64,000 nt of DNA from an uncultured virus (IMG/VR IMGVR_UViG_3300005201_000018) (lineage: Duplodnaviria > Heunggongvirae > Uroviricota > Caudoviricetes), in IMG/VR virus record IMGVR_UViG_3300005201_000018. The stretch is one strand, 5' to 3'. Made by a program: the position numbers and the translations under genes. Position 1 is the first letter of the stretch; every line of letters begins with the position of its first letter. Below the pieces are notes generated by a model. It saw only the letters and a list, made by a program, of their open reading frames with translations, searched no databases and was not told the origin of the DNA. This document shows, one piece after another, positions 49,261 to 59,517 of this stretch.

Positions 49261-50376
49261 TCATGCATCTTTGCTCTCCTTACTTCTTTTCTTTTTTCTG
49301 TCTGTTAACAACAGCACTATAGACAATGCAAACGGCGCGAGTATGTCGTACAGGCACGCTGGCGCTGCGTATACAAAAAAGCGCGCAACATCCTCCGGTA
49401 TTTTTAATAGACGTGCCAATAATGTGTAGACCGTCTCTTGCGATTTAACAGCTTGCTTGACCAGTTCCGGTCTTGATGACTCAAGATCAACTCTACGCCT
49501 CCGTAAATCGCTCTGTTCACTCTGAACGGCGACAATCTGTTCCTGGAACTCATCGTATCGTCGCCATGACTGACTTCGCCAGTACTGTGATTCAACCGTA
49601 AGCTGTTCTAATCGCCTTTCCGTAGCATTGAGCGCCTCCTGATTTTCGAGCAGCAGTTTCTCATGAGCCACCAGAGCTTCATTGTCTTCAACTGCGACAG
49701 ATACTTTCTCATCGGCAATCCGCTTAAACTGGTTATAATTAACCGTCAATGTTGAAAAAACCGAATATGCTATGATCGCAAATCCGGCAACAACAAATAA
49801 TACACCAAAAAACTTTTGTGCGCCTTTTTCCTGAAGAAAGTATCTTGCTGCTGTAAATGCTGTTCCTGAAAACAGTATAAACATAACACCTGTCATAATA
49901 CCGGTCCACGCCGGCTTGCCGCCCTCGATGAGAAAGATTGACGTATGATATGCCGACATAATTGCGCTCCCTACACCCACCACAGCCATCACAACAGCGA
50001 CAAGAAAAACAGAAGAAAAGAAACCTGGCATTTTACCCTGTTTCTCTTTCGGCGGCTGTTCAGCAGTTATAGCTTCAGCCTCCTTCATTCTTCGGCGCTC
50101 GGTGCGAGCATGTGCTACAAGATCGGCAGTGCCTTTTTTACGGCGCAGTATGCCCGTCGTACATCCATAAGCAAAATCGAAATTGCAGTGTAGCGGATCT
50201 TGTGCGAGCTCCGTGAGCTTCTCTGTAAGGCCGCCGTTCTCGAGCTTATCAAACTCTTCGCGGGAGACAATGACACCCGTCTCAAACAAGACGTGCTTTG
50301 TCCCTCGTATAAACCGTAAGCCTGTGCCTGTGTGAGTATGCACTGTCGGTTTCTTTACCGTTACGTCGTCAGCCAT
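49261..50376 (-). CDS. Multi-TM protein with coiled coil
   Basis: Three TM helices, a coiled coil, then a C-terminal TM. Confidence 0.75.
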   Translation of the reverse strand: MADDVTVKKPTVHTHTGTGLRFIRGTKHVLFETGVIVSREEFDKLENGGLTEKLTELAQDPLHCNFDFAYGCTTGILRRKKGTADLVAHARTERRRMKEAEAITAEQPPKEKQGKMPGFFSSVFLVAVVMAVVGVGSAIMSAYHTSIFLIEGGKPAWTGIMTGVMFILFSGTAFTAARYFLQEKGAQKFFGVLFVVAGFAIIAYSVFSTLTVNYNQFKRIADEKVSVAVEDNEALVAHEKLLLENQEALNATERRLEQLTVESQYWRSQSWRRYDEFQEQIVAVQSEQSDLRRRRVDLESSRPELVKQAVKSQETVYTLLARLLKIPEDVARFFVYAAPACLYDILAPFALSIVLLLTDRKKKRSKESKDA

Positions 50377-50669
50377 TTTTCAAACCTCTCTTGGTACCGT
50401 GCCCCCTGCTTTGTTTCTTCAGGCTTTGAGTACACCCATATATCAGCCTCGGCATCTAAAACCTCCTGTATGTCATTCTTCCACTGTTCACAAAGCCGGT
50501 GCGTAGGGGCTATTATAATGACAGGTAGCTTTTTCTCCAGAGCAATGAGGATCGCGGCCAGTGTTTTTCCGCAACCGCAGTCTACGACAAGTGAAATAAT
50601 TTTCCGTGCCGCGCCGATAGCAGCGGCCTGTAGCTGCCATTTATATGGAGTAAGCGTAGTAAACCTCAT
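50361..50669 (-). CDS. Stand-alone N-terminal SF2 helicase fragment
   Basis: PYKWQ (Q motif), DCGCGKT (Walker A), IIAPT..LCEQW (motif Ia). Confidence 0.8.
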   Translation of the reverse strand: MRFTTLTPYKWQLQAAAIGAARKIISLVVDCGCGKTLAAILIALEKKLPVIIIAPTHRLCEQWKNDIQEVLDAEADIWVYSKPEETKQGARYQERFEKWLTT

Positions 50670-50854
50670 AACTCAACCTCCAATTTAATTTCACAAGCAG
50701 AAAGTTTTATGTCTACAAACTCAAACCTGTCTTCTACTTTCAATACGAACTTATCGCTATAGTTACACTTTGAAATACTTATAACGCAGTAGTACGTGCG
50801 GTAAAGTTCGCCATTGCCATTGTATGTTCTCACCGTCATGCTAGTCCCCCTCTG

Positions 50855-51136
50855 TTAAAATCCTTCAAATGCCGCCTTGGCTAGATCTGGTATCTGCTGT
50901 GTCCTCTCCGCAGTATCAGCCTTCACTCCCTTTAACTCCGCGATAACTTCGGGTCTGTTGCAGGAAGGGCATAGCTCCTCCCATTCGCCGTCTTTGTCTT
51001 TCACACTTGCCCACCCGTTGTCTCTGTCGGTTTTATAATCAACTGCGTCGCGAAATGTTTCAAAAATCTCGTCACAGTCTTCTCCGCAATAGTCACAGGT
51101 AAGCCTAAAGTCATCCACGCCGTGTTTCTCAATCAT
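50855..51136 (-). CDS. Zinc-finger hypothetical protein
   Basis: CDYC and CPSC. Confidence 0.65.
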   Translation of the reverse strand: MIEKHGVDDFRLTCDYCGEDCDEIFETFRDAVDYKTDRDNGWASVKDKDGEWEELCPSCNRPEVIAELKGVKADTAERTQQIPDLAKAAFEGF

Positions 51137-51327
51137 TCCGACCTCCTATTCCACTCCCTGATAGCTTCGACATCGGTTTCCGCAAAAGGCCCCTGTGCAC
51201 CACATGAACACATGACAAAACGCCAACGCTCAAGGATAGTTCCATGCTTATGTTCGCTACCAAATGCAAACTCCTCTTCGTGCTTATTACCACAAAACGG
51301 ACATTTTTCTTTGTCAGTACTAAACAT
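51133..51327 (-). CDS. Lar-like (restriction alleviation) zinc-ribbon protein
   Basis: CPFCG...CSCGAQGP...EAIREWNRR. Confidence 0.7.
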   Translation of the reverse strand: MFSTDKEKCPFCGNKHEEEFAFGSEHKHGTILERWRFVMCSCGAQGPFAETDVEAIREWNRRSE

Positions 51328-51335
51328 ACCACCTC

Positions 51336-52712
51336 CTAATCAAACTTGAAAATCTCTTCCCTGTTTTCAGCACCAATTAACTCTTGCCCAACTCGTATTG
51401 CTTCCCATTGCCGCTCCTCAATAGACCCTGCCGCATAAATCGCATACGCAAACTTTGGAGCGCGAAGCTGTCCCCGCAGTACGCGAGACATAGCCTGATG
51501 ATATTTTTCAACTGAACCGTCGATACAGGTCCAGATGACGTAGGAACAGTCAGATAAGCAGTTAAGGCCGTACGCACCAGACGCTTGGTTCGCAAGAAAG
51601 ACTTGCGCCTCACGGTTCTTAAACCTTTTTTCCGCTTCCTCTTTTTTATTATCTTTCGCACTACCGTCGTATACCACATAGGAGATGCCTGCACCTGTAA
51701 AGGCGTCTGCGCACGCACGTAAGAACAGTTTGCGAGAACTCCAAACAACGACTTGATTTTTTCCCACATCAATTTCCTCCAATAGTTCCATGAGTTCATC
51801 TACTTTCGCGTTTTCCTTAAACGGACGATGCGCAACCTGCCGATCTGGTTTGTTATCCTTATCAGCCCAATCCTTCTTATCATAGTCAGAATCAATATTT
51901 ACAGGTTCAAACCCGTTGCAAATGTCCTGTAAGCGCATCTGGAGTTCCAATGCCGCAGCTTTTCCAAGCACCAGGTTATCCGTAAAGCCAACCTTAATAA
52001 GTTCATTGCCTATCCTTTTTGCCTCTTTCGACAGCTCTACAGGGCGCATAATAGGCTCTTTCACAAATTTGTCGTGCTTAATGTCAAAAATGTCTTCCCG
52101 CTTGACAAATATAGTGTCCGGTGCGATACGACGCAACAGCTCGTTCTTGTTCAAGAAAGGAGTGTATTTCCGATGCCGTATAATATGCTCTTGTTTCGCG
52201 TAGTCTATAGTGTATTGTTTAAAAAGGCTTGACTTTGCTGCTTCAAGCTGCGTTTCACCGCCTCGATTATACGCATTAACAAGTCTGCTCCGTATATTTT
52301 CATAGTCCTTTTGACCAATACACACTCGCCTACCGCGACCAACACGAATAGTCTCTCTTACGCTGTACTTTTCGGCAAACTCCCACATACTTTCAGGGAA
52401 GTAACCTTCTTGAAGGAACTCGTATTGGTCATACACATTCACCGGTGATTTTGACATGAGTGTTCCTGTCATAATGCAGCGGTCGCCGTACTTATTAAGT
52501 TGTTTTATGAGCCGGGTTCTACTTGATTTCTTCTCTTCCTTCATCGGGTCGTTGACCTTGATCTTTGATGATTCATCAAGCACGATGAACGGACGCGTAA
52601 AAACAGAAAGAAACTTCCGTACAACCCATGGGAGGTCGTTGAAGGATACCGTTTTTTGCTGCTTTACGCCTCTAGGAGAGAAAGCTTCGGTGTTAATTAT
52701 TAAGAACTTCAT
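51336..52712 (-). CDS. SNF2-family helicase lacking the Walker A region
   Basis: VLDESSKIK, MTGT, LQDICNG, GAYGLN, QAMSRVLR; no GKT. Confidence 0.85.
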   Translation of the reverse strand: MKFLIINTEAFSPRGVKQQKTVSFNDLPWVVRKFLSVFTRPFIVLDESSKIKVNDPMKEEKKSSRTRLIKQLNKYGDRCIMTGTLMSKSPVNVYDQYEFLQEGYFPESMWEFAEKYSVRETIRVGRGRRVCIGQKDYENIRSRLVNAYNRGGETQLEAAKSSLFKQYTIDYAKQEHIIRHRKYTPFLNKNELLRRIAPDTIFVKREDIFDIKHDKFVKEPIMRPVELSKEAKRIGNELIKVGFTDNLVLGKAAALELQMRLQDICNGFEPVNIDSDYDKKDWADKDNKPDRQVAHRPFKENAKVDELMELLEEIDVGKNQVVVWSSRKLFLRACADAFTGAGISYVVYDGSAKDNKKEEAEKRFKNREAQVFLANQASGAYGLNCLSDCSYVIWTCIDGSVEKYHQAMSRVLRGQLRAPKFAYAIYAAGSIEERQWEAIRVGQELIGAENREEIFKFD

Positions 52713-53005
52713 TGTTTCTTCCCTCCTTTCCCCGATTTCTTCTCGATCTTCTCAAAGCCCATTGTCGTAACGGCAAACTCTGCTATCTCGGAAGCCGTTA
52801 TAATAATTTCTCCTGCCATGTCATAGGTGTGCTGCGTCTTTCGCAGCTGTATAGACTCATAAAGATTGAACAACTTATCCTCCAACCACGAGTACAGCTG
52901 GTCAAAGTCGTGCGGGTAATTACCAATCCGAGGACGACAAGACAACCGGCCTCGCGCCGACTTCATGCCTGCGTTCAGGATCTGACTGCCTCGCTTCTTG
53001 TCCAC
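52709..53005 (-). CDS. Hypothetical protein
   Basis: 98-aa ORF coupled to the helicase gene. Confidence 0.6.
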   Translation of the reverse strand: MDKKRGSQILNAGMKSARGRLSCRPRIGNYPHDFDQLYSWLEDKLFNLYESIQLRKTQHTYDMAGEIIITASEIAEFAVTTMGFEKIEKKSGKGGKKQ

Positions 53006-53031
53006 GTTAGTTTCCCCTCCACATTAGTCCG

Positions 53032-53319
53032 CTAAACAGCAGGCTCTTTCCAGTCTTTGCCAAGTTCTTTATGAACAGTTTTATGACAGGAATCGCACAA
53101 CCACGATACATCAAGCGGCCTTGCGTAATCGTTATGGTGTGCCTGTAACTTACTTGAAGGAATAGATGTCCTGCATCTCTGGCAGTAGGCGGGTTTTACT
53201 AATTTGCCGCGCTGGACGGCTTTTTGTACAAGCCATTTAGCCCTTGCCTGCTCTGGCCACAAGACGTTGTAGTTACGACTCACTTTTCCACCACCACAGC
53301 TAATAGTTTTACCGCACAA
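53032..53319 (-). CDS. HNH-like zinc-finger protein (start uncertain)
   Basis: CQRC...HHNDYARPLDVSWLCDSCH. Confidence 0.7.
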   Translation of the reverse strand: MCGKTISCGGGKVSRNYNVLWPEQARAKWLVQKAVQRGKLVKPAYCQRCRTSIPSSKLQAHHNDYARPLDVSWLCDSCHKTVHKELGKDWKEPAV

Positions 53320-53441
53320 AACTTCTCACAAGGTTTCTCGGTACCGCCCAGCTTCTTACACGCCCTACAAGGCATGCCTATCTCAAGGCTAAGTTGTTGC
53401 GGAAGAACACCAATCCGTTCAGCTAATTGTTTCAATGTCAT
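53280..53441 (-). CDS. Small HTH protein
   Basis: MTLKQLAERIGVLPQQLS; GGAGG RBS. Confidence 0.5.
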   Translation of the reverse strand: MTLKQLAERIGVLPQQLSLEIGMPCRACKKLGGTEKPCEKFCAVKLLAVVVEK

Positions 53442-53814
53442 CAATATCCTCCGGTATTGCAAATTTCAAGTCTTTACGTTCCAAGACCTCTAAAGGACTT
53501 ATATGTACAACACGCTTGCGTGGTACATCCCATGCAAGTATCTCTATAAGAAGTTCTTTGTTACGCTTATAGAACAATGGCTGCGTTGGCTGGAACTCAA
53601 TTACACCTTTCTTATCAGACATTTTGAACTCGGAAAAATAGGCTGGCAGTATACCTGACATGGCTAAAACATCCGGCATACCAGGCTCTTTTTCCTCATT
53701 CTCGATCTCAAAATGCTTAAATACAGAAGTTTTCTTCCATGCCTTCAACACTGCCGCTTTGAAGGCAGCCTCATCCTTGAAAGGACCAGTCACCAACCCC
53801 TTAATAACTTTCAT
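53419..53814 (-). CDS. VRR-NUC/resolvase-like PD-(D/E)XK nuclease
   Basis: PGMPDVL...SEFK...PTQ. Confidence 0.65.
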   Translation of the reverse strand: MKVIKGLVTGPFKDEAAFKAAVLKAWKKTSVFKHFEIENEEKEPGMPDVLAMSGILPAYFSEFKMSDKKGVIEFQPTQPLFYKRNKELLIEILAWDVPRKRVVHISPLEVLERKDLKFAIPEDIDDIETIS

Positions 53815-54760
53815 ACATACCTCCGTAGTATCCATCTTTTGTGGTAGGGAACACAGTCTTCTGCCATTTATCCCGGTTGCCAACAAAATCCTTGGCTTCT
53901 TTAAGCACCTTCTTCTCCTCTTCCATTCTTTTTCTCTGTTTGTTCATTTCTTTTTTGTCAACGTAGTATTCAATGGTGTTTGCGATAAGCCCGTCAAGCT
54001 GTGTTGGTTCAATAGCGTCTAACTCCCAAGATGTTTCCCCGTACTTCTGCATATATTTTGTAAAGCGCGAGTCCGTTATTTTTGCGGGGTTAGGCGGCGG
54101 ATTATACGTCTTTATCTGGTCCATGTTGAGCGCGACACGGTTGATAGTCAGATTTATATTATCAGAAAACAGCTCTAGACGTTCTTGTATATCCCGTGTC
54201 ATGTCTATACCAGACGGATCATGATCACCCAAATGAATAATAGTGCACGGCCTTTCACCGCCAAAAGAAGCAGACGAGAGCCGTTGTGCAGCTGCCCACA
54301 TTTCTGACTGCGATGTATAACCACGGCACGAGAAGCAGGGTACATCAAAACGTTGTGCAACCTGCTCTACAATGCCGATGAGCGCGTCTTTCTCCACCCA
54401 CACTTCTATATACTGCGGCTGTGTGTCCCACAGGTCAATACGATAGCTGTTTACGGCGCTGCTTATAATATCAGCAGGGTTATCCCAGTGGCTCAAGCGC
54501 CGTATGTACCGCGTTCTGTCCTCAATTGCGTGCCAGTCGATAAGCCCTGCAAGCCTGCCATGAGACATATAGTCGCCGACCATTTTGTAGGAACGCTCAT
54601 TGTTGGGGATTATGCCACGAGCGACGAGCTGGTAATAAACTTGGCGTAGTGTAAGGCTATACCCGGCAGCGTCGTACTCCGCAATAATGCTGTTCATTTT
54701 ATTTATCAGCACAAGGCCAGCCCCACGGATTTTAATATCTTGATACTTAATACATGGCAT
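53801..54760 (-). CDS. Topo VI-A/JetD-like TOPRIM protein
   Basis: LTLRQVYYQLV, EVWVEKDAL, CRGY.S, GDHDPSG, WELDA. Confidence 0.8.
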   Translation of the reverse strand: MPCIKYQDIKIRGAGLVLINKMNSIIAEYDAAGYSLTLRQVYYQLVARGIIPNNERSYKMVGDYMSHGRLAGLIDWHAIEDRTRYIRRLSHWDNPADIISSAVNSYRIDLWDTQPQYIEVWVEKDALIGIVEQVAQRFDVPCFSCRGYTSQSEMWAAAQRLSSASFGGERPCTIIHLGDHDPSGIDMTRDIQERLELFSDNINLTINRVALNMDQIKTYNPPPNPAKITDSRFTKYMQKYGETSWELDAIEPTQLDGLIANTIEYYVDKKEMNKQRKRMEEEKKVLKEAKDFVGNRDKWQKTVFPTTKDGYYGGMYESY

Positions 54761-54775
54761 CGTTGTTTTCCCTCC

Positions 54776-55072
54776 TCAATCAATTAGTTCTGAAAAATCT
54801 GTCCAGCCCTTCGACACACACAACAGCGTAAGGTAGCCAAGAATATCCGCTATGTCGTTCTTCCTTAGTTCAGTCGCGTTCATAATCCTACTGCACTTGT
54901 CATCAAGGCGAATAAGGATACCCTCCTCTGCTGGAAGCCTTGAAAATATTCTGTGTGGGTTAACCGCAGAATCACCATACCGCCTATTCTTTTCAAGAAG
55001 AAGATCTGCAAGTGACTTACACACTTGTTTAATATTTTCTTGAGTATTACTTAAAACTTTGCTGTCGGTCAT
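54776..55072 (-). CDS. DUF1599-like nucleotide-modification-associated protein
   Basis: KNRRYGDS, IRLDDK, DILGY. Confidence 0.7.
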   Translation of the reverse strand: MTDSKVLSNTQENIKQVCKSLADLLLEKNRRYGDSAVNPHRIFSRLPAEEGILIRLDDKCSRIMNATELRKNDIADILGYLTLLCVSKGWTDFSELID

Positions 55073-55746
55073 TCCGTGTCCCCCATATCAAAAACGAGCG
55101 GGCATGCTTTCCTGCACTCCTCATACAACGGTATCATCAACGCACGCATGTCAGGATGTGCGGCTTTGCTTATCGCACGCAGCTTAAATATGTGCCGCCA
55201 TTCACGAAAGTTTGCTTTAACGACGATTTCTGTTTTAAGGCAGTTTGGTAATACTGCCCTTGCCTGTTGTGGCACACAGCCATTGCCAAGTAGTCCAAAG
55301 TAATCCCTTTCAGCACTTTCCATCATCCTTTTCCACGAGATGAACTGTAAATTAAACTCATCGGGATGATCATCGGAAGAGAAACTCGGACGAATAAAAC
55401 TACACTCATTACCAAATTTGTCCGCACTGTAGTTACAGTACCTTGTTGATTCCTGCACAAAAGAGCAAAGCCTGTGTCGGACAAGCTCGTGTGATATTCC
55501 TCTATCCGTCACAAAGCGCACAACCATGTTTCCAAACTCAAGTACTGCTTCATGGCCACGTTTAATGATCATTTCAATAAACGCTTTGTAGGAATTATCG
55601 GTTATTCTGTCCTCGGACTTGTACGCTGTCCGTCCTGCCAGCTCTATGAGACGGCACTCATGTTCCCAGGGAGAGTTGTCGTGAAGAATGTCTATCCGCG
55701 TCGGGTATAAAATCTCGTGTACCTGTTCAACAATTTTCATTCTCAT
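55069..55746 (-). CDS. thyX: FAD-dependent thymidylate synthase
   Basis: HEAVLE, RGISHELVRHR, QESTRY, ARAVLP, NFREWRH. Confidence 0.95.
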   Translation of the reverse strand: MRMKIVEQVHEILYPTRIDILHDNSPWEHECRLIELAGRTAYKSEDRITDNSYKAFIEMIIKRGHEAVLEFGNMVVRFVTDRGISHELVRHRLCSFVQESTRYCNYSADKFGNECSFIRPSFSSDDHPDEFNLQFISWKRMMESAERDYFGLLGNGCVPQQARAVLPNCLKTEIVVKANFREWRHIFKLRAISKAAHPDMRALMIPLYEECRKACPLVFDMGDTE

Positions 55747-56173
55747 CCTCCTTTGCTCCTACCAGTGCGGTATGCCCTATAGGAGTCAAACCGCCAAAGA
55801 TACGCTGCAATTTTTTCTCCACCTGCTTCCAGTCAACAAACGGCCTATCAGATAATCTGATGTCATACTTTAACGGACAGCCAAGAGCAGCGTCGTCAAT
55901 ATATATTTGAGCGTATGCCTTAGGCGATGTTGACCAGTCCTGTTTAGGATTTCTGTTAATACCATAAAGCGGTATGTCGTGGTCTTCAAACCAGTACAAC
56001 GCAGCAACGAGATCAAATTTATACGCGTCATTATTGCTCCGCGTTGTCCATAAGATAATCTTGTGTCCCGCGTCAGTTAACCTCTTCAGCACCGGAGCAG
56101 CGCCAATCTCTTTCCCAACATCCGGGTAGTCGTGTGTAACGCACGTCCCGTCGAAATCAACCGCAATTATCAT
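55727..56173 (-). CDS. HAD-superfamily phosphatase-like protein
   Basis: IIAVDFDGT, LWTTR, K, YIDD. Confidence 0.8.
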   Translation of the reverse strand: MIIAVDFDGTCVTHDYPDVGKEIGAAPVLKRLTDAGHKIILWTTRSNNDAYKFDLVAALYWFEDHDIPLYGINRNPKQDWSTSPKAYAQIYIDDAALGCPLKYDIRLSDRPFVDWKQVEKKLQRIFGGLTPIGHTALVGAKEDENENC

Positions 56174-56400
56174 TTCTACACACCTCCGTGAACACTTTTT
56201 CAATGAGTTCCGTAATCTTTTTAACCTCTTCATCGTTAAAGTCAATTGATACTGTCACTGTCATTTTATGTCCTCCCGCTTGATAATTTTTGTTTCCTTA
56301 CACGCCACACACTTGAAAGTCCTAACGATGCTTCCTGTAGAAACAAGCTGCATTGGTTTCTTGCATTTAGGACAATTTTGTTTTTTAGTTTCTTTTTTGT

Positions 56401-58611
56401 TCATGCCGCTCTAGCCTCCTTGACGGTTCTTTCAATAAAGCCCTTCATACTCTCCATTTTTAACACCTTCCCGGTTTCTTTATCTTTCTTTTTCCTTCGT
56501 CCTTTGACATGTCCCCAATCATCCCCTGTTTCAGGATCAACGCGGATAGGCACAGATAGTGGGAACGTATGCTCCATGACTTCCTGTATTTCAGGGAGAC
56601 GTTGTATAACGTTTGCTTTTTTTGGTATCCCAAAATCCAGCTCATCATGGACGGTAAGATACAGCGGGAAAATGTCCAGCAGCCCTTTTTCATCAAGCAT
56701 TACCATTGCCTTTTTGATCATGTCGGACGCTGAACCCTGTATGAGCTTGTTAAATCCTTTATAGGCATCACGCTTGTTAGGAACTCCGTTGTACTTTTTT
56801 AAGTGGCAGTGCCTACCGGCTAATGTTTTTATGTAGCCACGCCCGACAATAACTTCAGAAACTTTATCCATTGTTGCCTTGACAAACGGTGCTCCTTCGT
56901 GGAATAAACCGGTAATACGCTCTGCTTCTTCTTTAGTCCAACCAAATGTTTCCATCATGGTTAAAATCATCATGCCGTACCCAAGACCAAACACACAATT
57001 CTTTGAGTATTTACGCCCGACTTCAATACCGTATTCTTCGTACAATCCAGACACGATGCCCATATACTCGTGGAAATCAAGGTCAGGGTTCTCGTTATAC
57101 TTTCTCCGTATTTCATCTGCGCCTTCGCCAACCGCAAAATGAGCCATTAAACGGTTCTCCTGCCCTGAATAATCAGCTTTTCCCCACAGGCAATCTTCAT
57201 CAGGGATAATAATTTCACGACACAATGTATACAGCTTTATTTCATCAGGTGTTTTAGCAAACAACACTGTTTTTGAAGGAACTTGCTGTAGATTTGGGTT
57301 AGCAGAAGAAAAACGCCCTGTTTGCCGTGCGCCAACAATGTTAAAATCTGCGTGTATGCGATAGTTGTTCTCGCCATGCTTAACGATAAACCGGTCAAAC
57401 TTTGGCCCCAAGAACTTATCTATAATAGAAGTAACCTGCTTTAAGTCTACAATTGCTTTCGCTACTTCGTGTTTTTTCTTCAGTGTGTCCAACGCTTTTT
57501 TATCAATACTTGGATTACAAGTTGTCTCATACCCCATGCTTGCTAAATCGTCATTAGTGCGGCCTGAATACTGCTTTGGCACGAATAAGACAAGCTGCCC
57601 TTTCTGAACCCTTATACTATTGAATACCTCTTTTAGCTGTTTCTTCTGTTCCCAAAGCTCCGGTCCTGAAAAACAATCGCTCTTTTTAAACTTCCTTTCA
57701 CGAACCTGCCAGCCTTTTACCCTTACTTTGCAGCGATAAGGAATACGCTCTGAATCAAACAGCGCAGCTAACTGTTTTGTGGAGTTGAAGTTGACCTTGC
57801 CGTATTTATCCTCAAAATCAGACTGCAGTTTGTCCTGTATTCCTTTTAGCAGCTCATAATTCTTTTTCCGTTTCTTCATGTCTATACGGACGCCGCGCTG
57901 TTTCATGCCGAGGATAACCTTTATAAGTTTGAAGTTCGTTTCAAGTGCAGTTTCAAGGTTGTAAAAATCAAAGTTAGTTAGTGCCTCTGAAGCCTTTCCT
58001 GATGTAATAATTTTCTTTATCAGCTTTTTTTCTAAACTTTTTATAAGCTCACAACGTTCATTAAACATAGTATCGTGGATAATTTCGCGCTGCTTTTCCC
58101 AAATCCGAACCGGCTGATCCGCATCGGAGATGACATATTCTTTTATTTCTTCTTCGTACCCCGCGTCCCACAGTTTTTTAATATGTTTCCTGAAATCGCC
58201 TTTAAGGCCAAGCCCTTCAGCAATAGCTTTTAACGGCTCCGATCCTTTCTTCTCGTTCAGATATTTCCAGGTGAGCGCGTCTAAGCTGTACACCTGGTAT
58301 TCATCAATAGATGCTTCGGCCATAGCAACGTCAACCAAGGCGCATTTAACGTCTTTCGCTTTTAGCTTATGTTCATAACACAGCCATCCGAGGTCGTATA
58401 TGATGTTCGTGCCGACAAGCGTAACATTTGCGTCAAGCAGCAAGTCTTTTACGGTCTTGCCACCATTACCTACCAAGGCCCTTTTAGTACCTGTTTGCGC
58501 GTTGTACAGGCCGGTAACAATGATCTCTCCTTCGCCATAAACCCAAGAAGTGCCTTTGTCGGTCAGATGAGGATCGTATGTTTCGATGTCAATGCCGTAC
58601 AACTTAGTCAT
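56401..58611 (-). CDS. polA: Family A DNA polymerase with 3'-5' exonuclease
   Basis: DIET exonuclease, TGRFSSANPNLQQ, DYSGQENR, RKYSKNCVFGLGYG, TVHDEL. Confidence 0.95.
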   Translation of the reverse strand: MTKLYGIDIETYDPHLTDKGTSWVYGEGEIIVTGLYNAQTGTKRALVGNGGKTVKDLLLDANVTLVGTNIIYDLGWLCYEHKLKAKDVKCALVDVAMAEASIDEYQVYSLDALTWKYLNEKKGSEPLKAIAEGLGLKGDFRKHIKKLWDAGYEEEIKEYVISDADQPVRIWEKQREIIHDTMFNERCELIKSLEKKLIKKIITSGKASEALTNFDFYNLETALETNFKLIKVILGMKQRGVRIDMKKRKKNYELLKGIQDKLQSDFEDKYGKVNFNSTKQLAALFDSERIPYRCKVRVKGWQVRERKFKKSDCFSGPELWEQKKQLKEVFNSIRVQKGQLVLFVPKQYSGRTNDDLASMGYETTCNPSIDKKALDTLKKKHEVAKAIVDLKQVTSIIDKFLGPKFDRFIVKHGENNYRIHADFNIVGARQTGRFSSANPNLQQVPSKTVLFAKTPDEIKLYTLCREIIIPDEDCLWGKADYSGQENRLMAHFAVGEGADEIRRKYNENPDLDFHEYMGIVSGLYEEYGIEVGRKYSKNCVFGLGYGMMILTMMETFGWTKEEAERITGLFHEGAPFVKATMDKVSEVIVGRGYIKTLAGRHCHLKKYNGVPNKRDAYKGFNKLIQGSASDMIKKAMVMLDEKGLLDIFPLYLTVHDELDFGIPKKANVIQRLPEIQEVMEHTFPLSVPIRVDPETGDDWGHVKGRRKKKDKETGKVLKMESMKGFIERTVKEARAA

Positions 58612-58797
58612 TAGGTATGAGCCCTCCTTGTATAGCTGCTTCAATAGTAGTCTTCGCTGCGTCTATATAACCCGCAACATAGAATTCAAACTTTGCGAGG
58701 TCAACGCTGTACACACAAGATGAACACGTCACCTTAACACAGTGGGTGTCATGCTCACACTGCATCCTAAAGCACACTCTTGCCTTCTCTGTCTCGC

Positions 58798-59383
58798 TCA
58801 TCCCCATTGTGCTGCCATTGCCTCCGCTATTCCTTGGTATGTCTTGCTCCGTTCAACGCCCTTGCCTTTCCCGCTGCCCCAATGCCACTCGGTATCAGTG
58901 CGCTTCTTACCGTTCTTATTCGTGTACTCAATAAGGTTCGGCTGCACCACATTTGTTGACTTCAATGGCTGTAACTCATTCAACCAGAGACAAGTCGCTT
59001 TCCGCGTAGGATGCCCAAACTGCAACGGCTGCACAATCTGATCCGGTTTCCGATAGTGCGTTGACATAATACCAATAGGGTTCTCGATAGCCCAGCGACA
59101 TTTTAATTTGGTAAACAGAAGAAAAAATTTCATGCCTTCTCTCTGCTCCTTCTCTTTATCTTTGAACCACCGCGCGCCAGAAACGCATAAATGGGTGCAT
59201 GGTGGAAACGCGAGAACCAAGTCCCAATCTGCGTACATGAGCTTACGCACATCGCACTGGAAGTGCCATTCAGGATGCCCCCCGCTTGTGGGGAGTAAAT
59301 CACATGAAAACGCCTCATGCCCCCCCCCCTCTAAACGCGGCTGTAACTCTACCTGACTCCTCACAGGCGACAAGAACTTTCAC
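58798..59383 (-). pseudogene. Small cytosine-methyltransferase-like gene frameshifted at a G10 tract
   Basis: GTG 59383 MKVLVACEESGRVTAAFR, G10, then HEAFSCDL...FPPCTHL...IENP in another frame. Confidence 0.75.
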
Positions 59384-59517
59384 TCTTCATCAACTCCTAT
59401 AACAAACCCGTTTTCAGCCACCTGCTGTTCATACTCCTCTACTGCTTTTTCATACTCTGCCATTTCTTCGTCATACTGCTCCCAATCACTAAATGAAAAA
59501 TCCGGTTCATCCATTAG

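Noticed and set aside
48845..49429. 194-aa plus-strand ORF
   Set aside because: Starts inside a terminator hairpin and is the antisense shadow of hydrophobic minus-strand genes
53801..54760. Wadjet defence system
   Set aside because: No SMC-like JetC or JetA/B genes nearby
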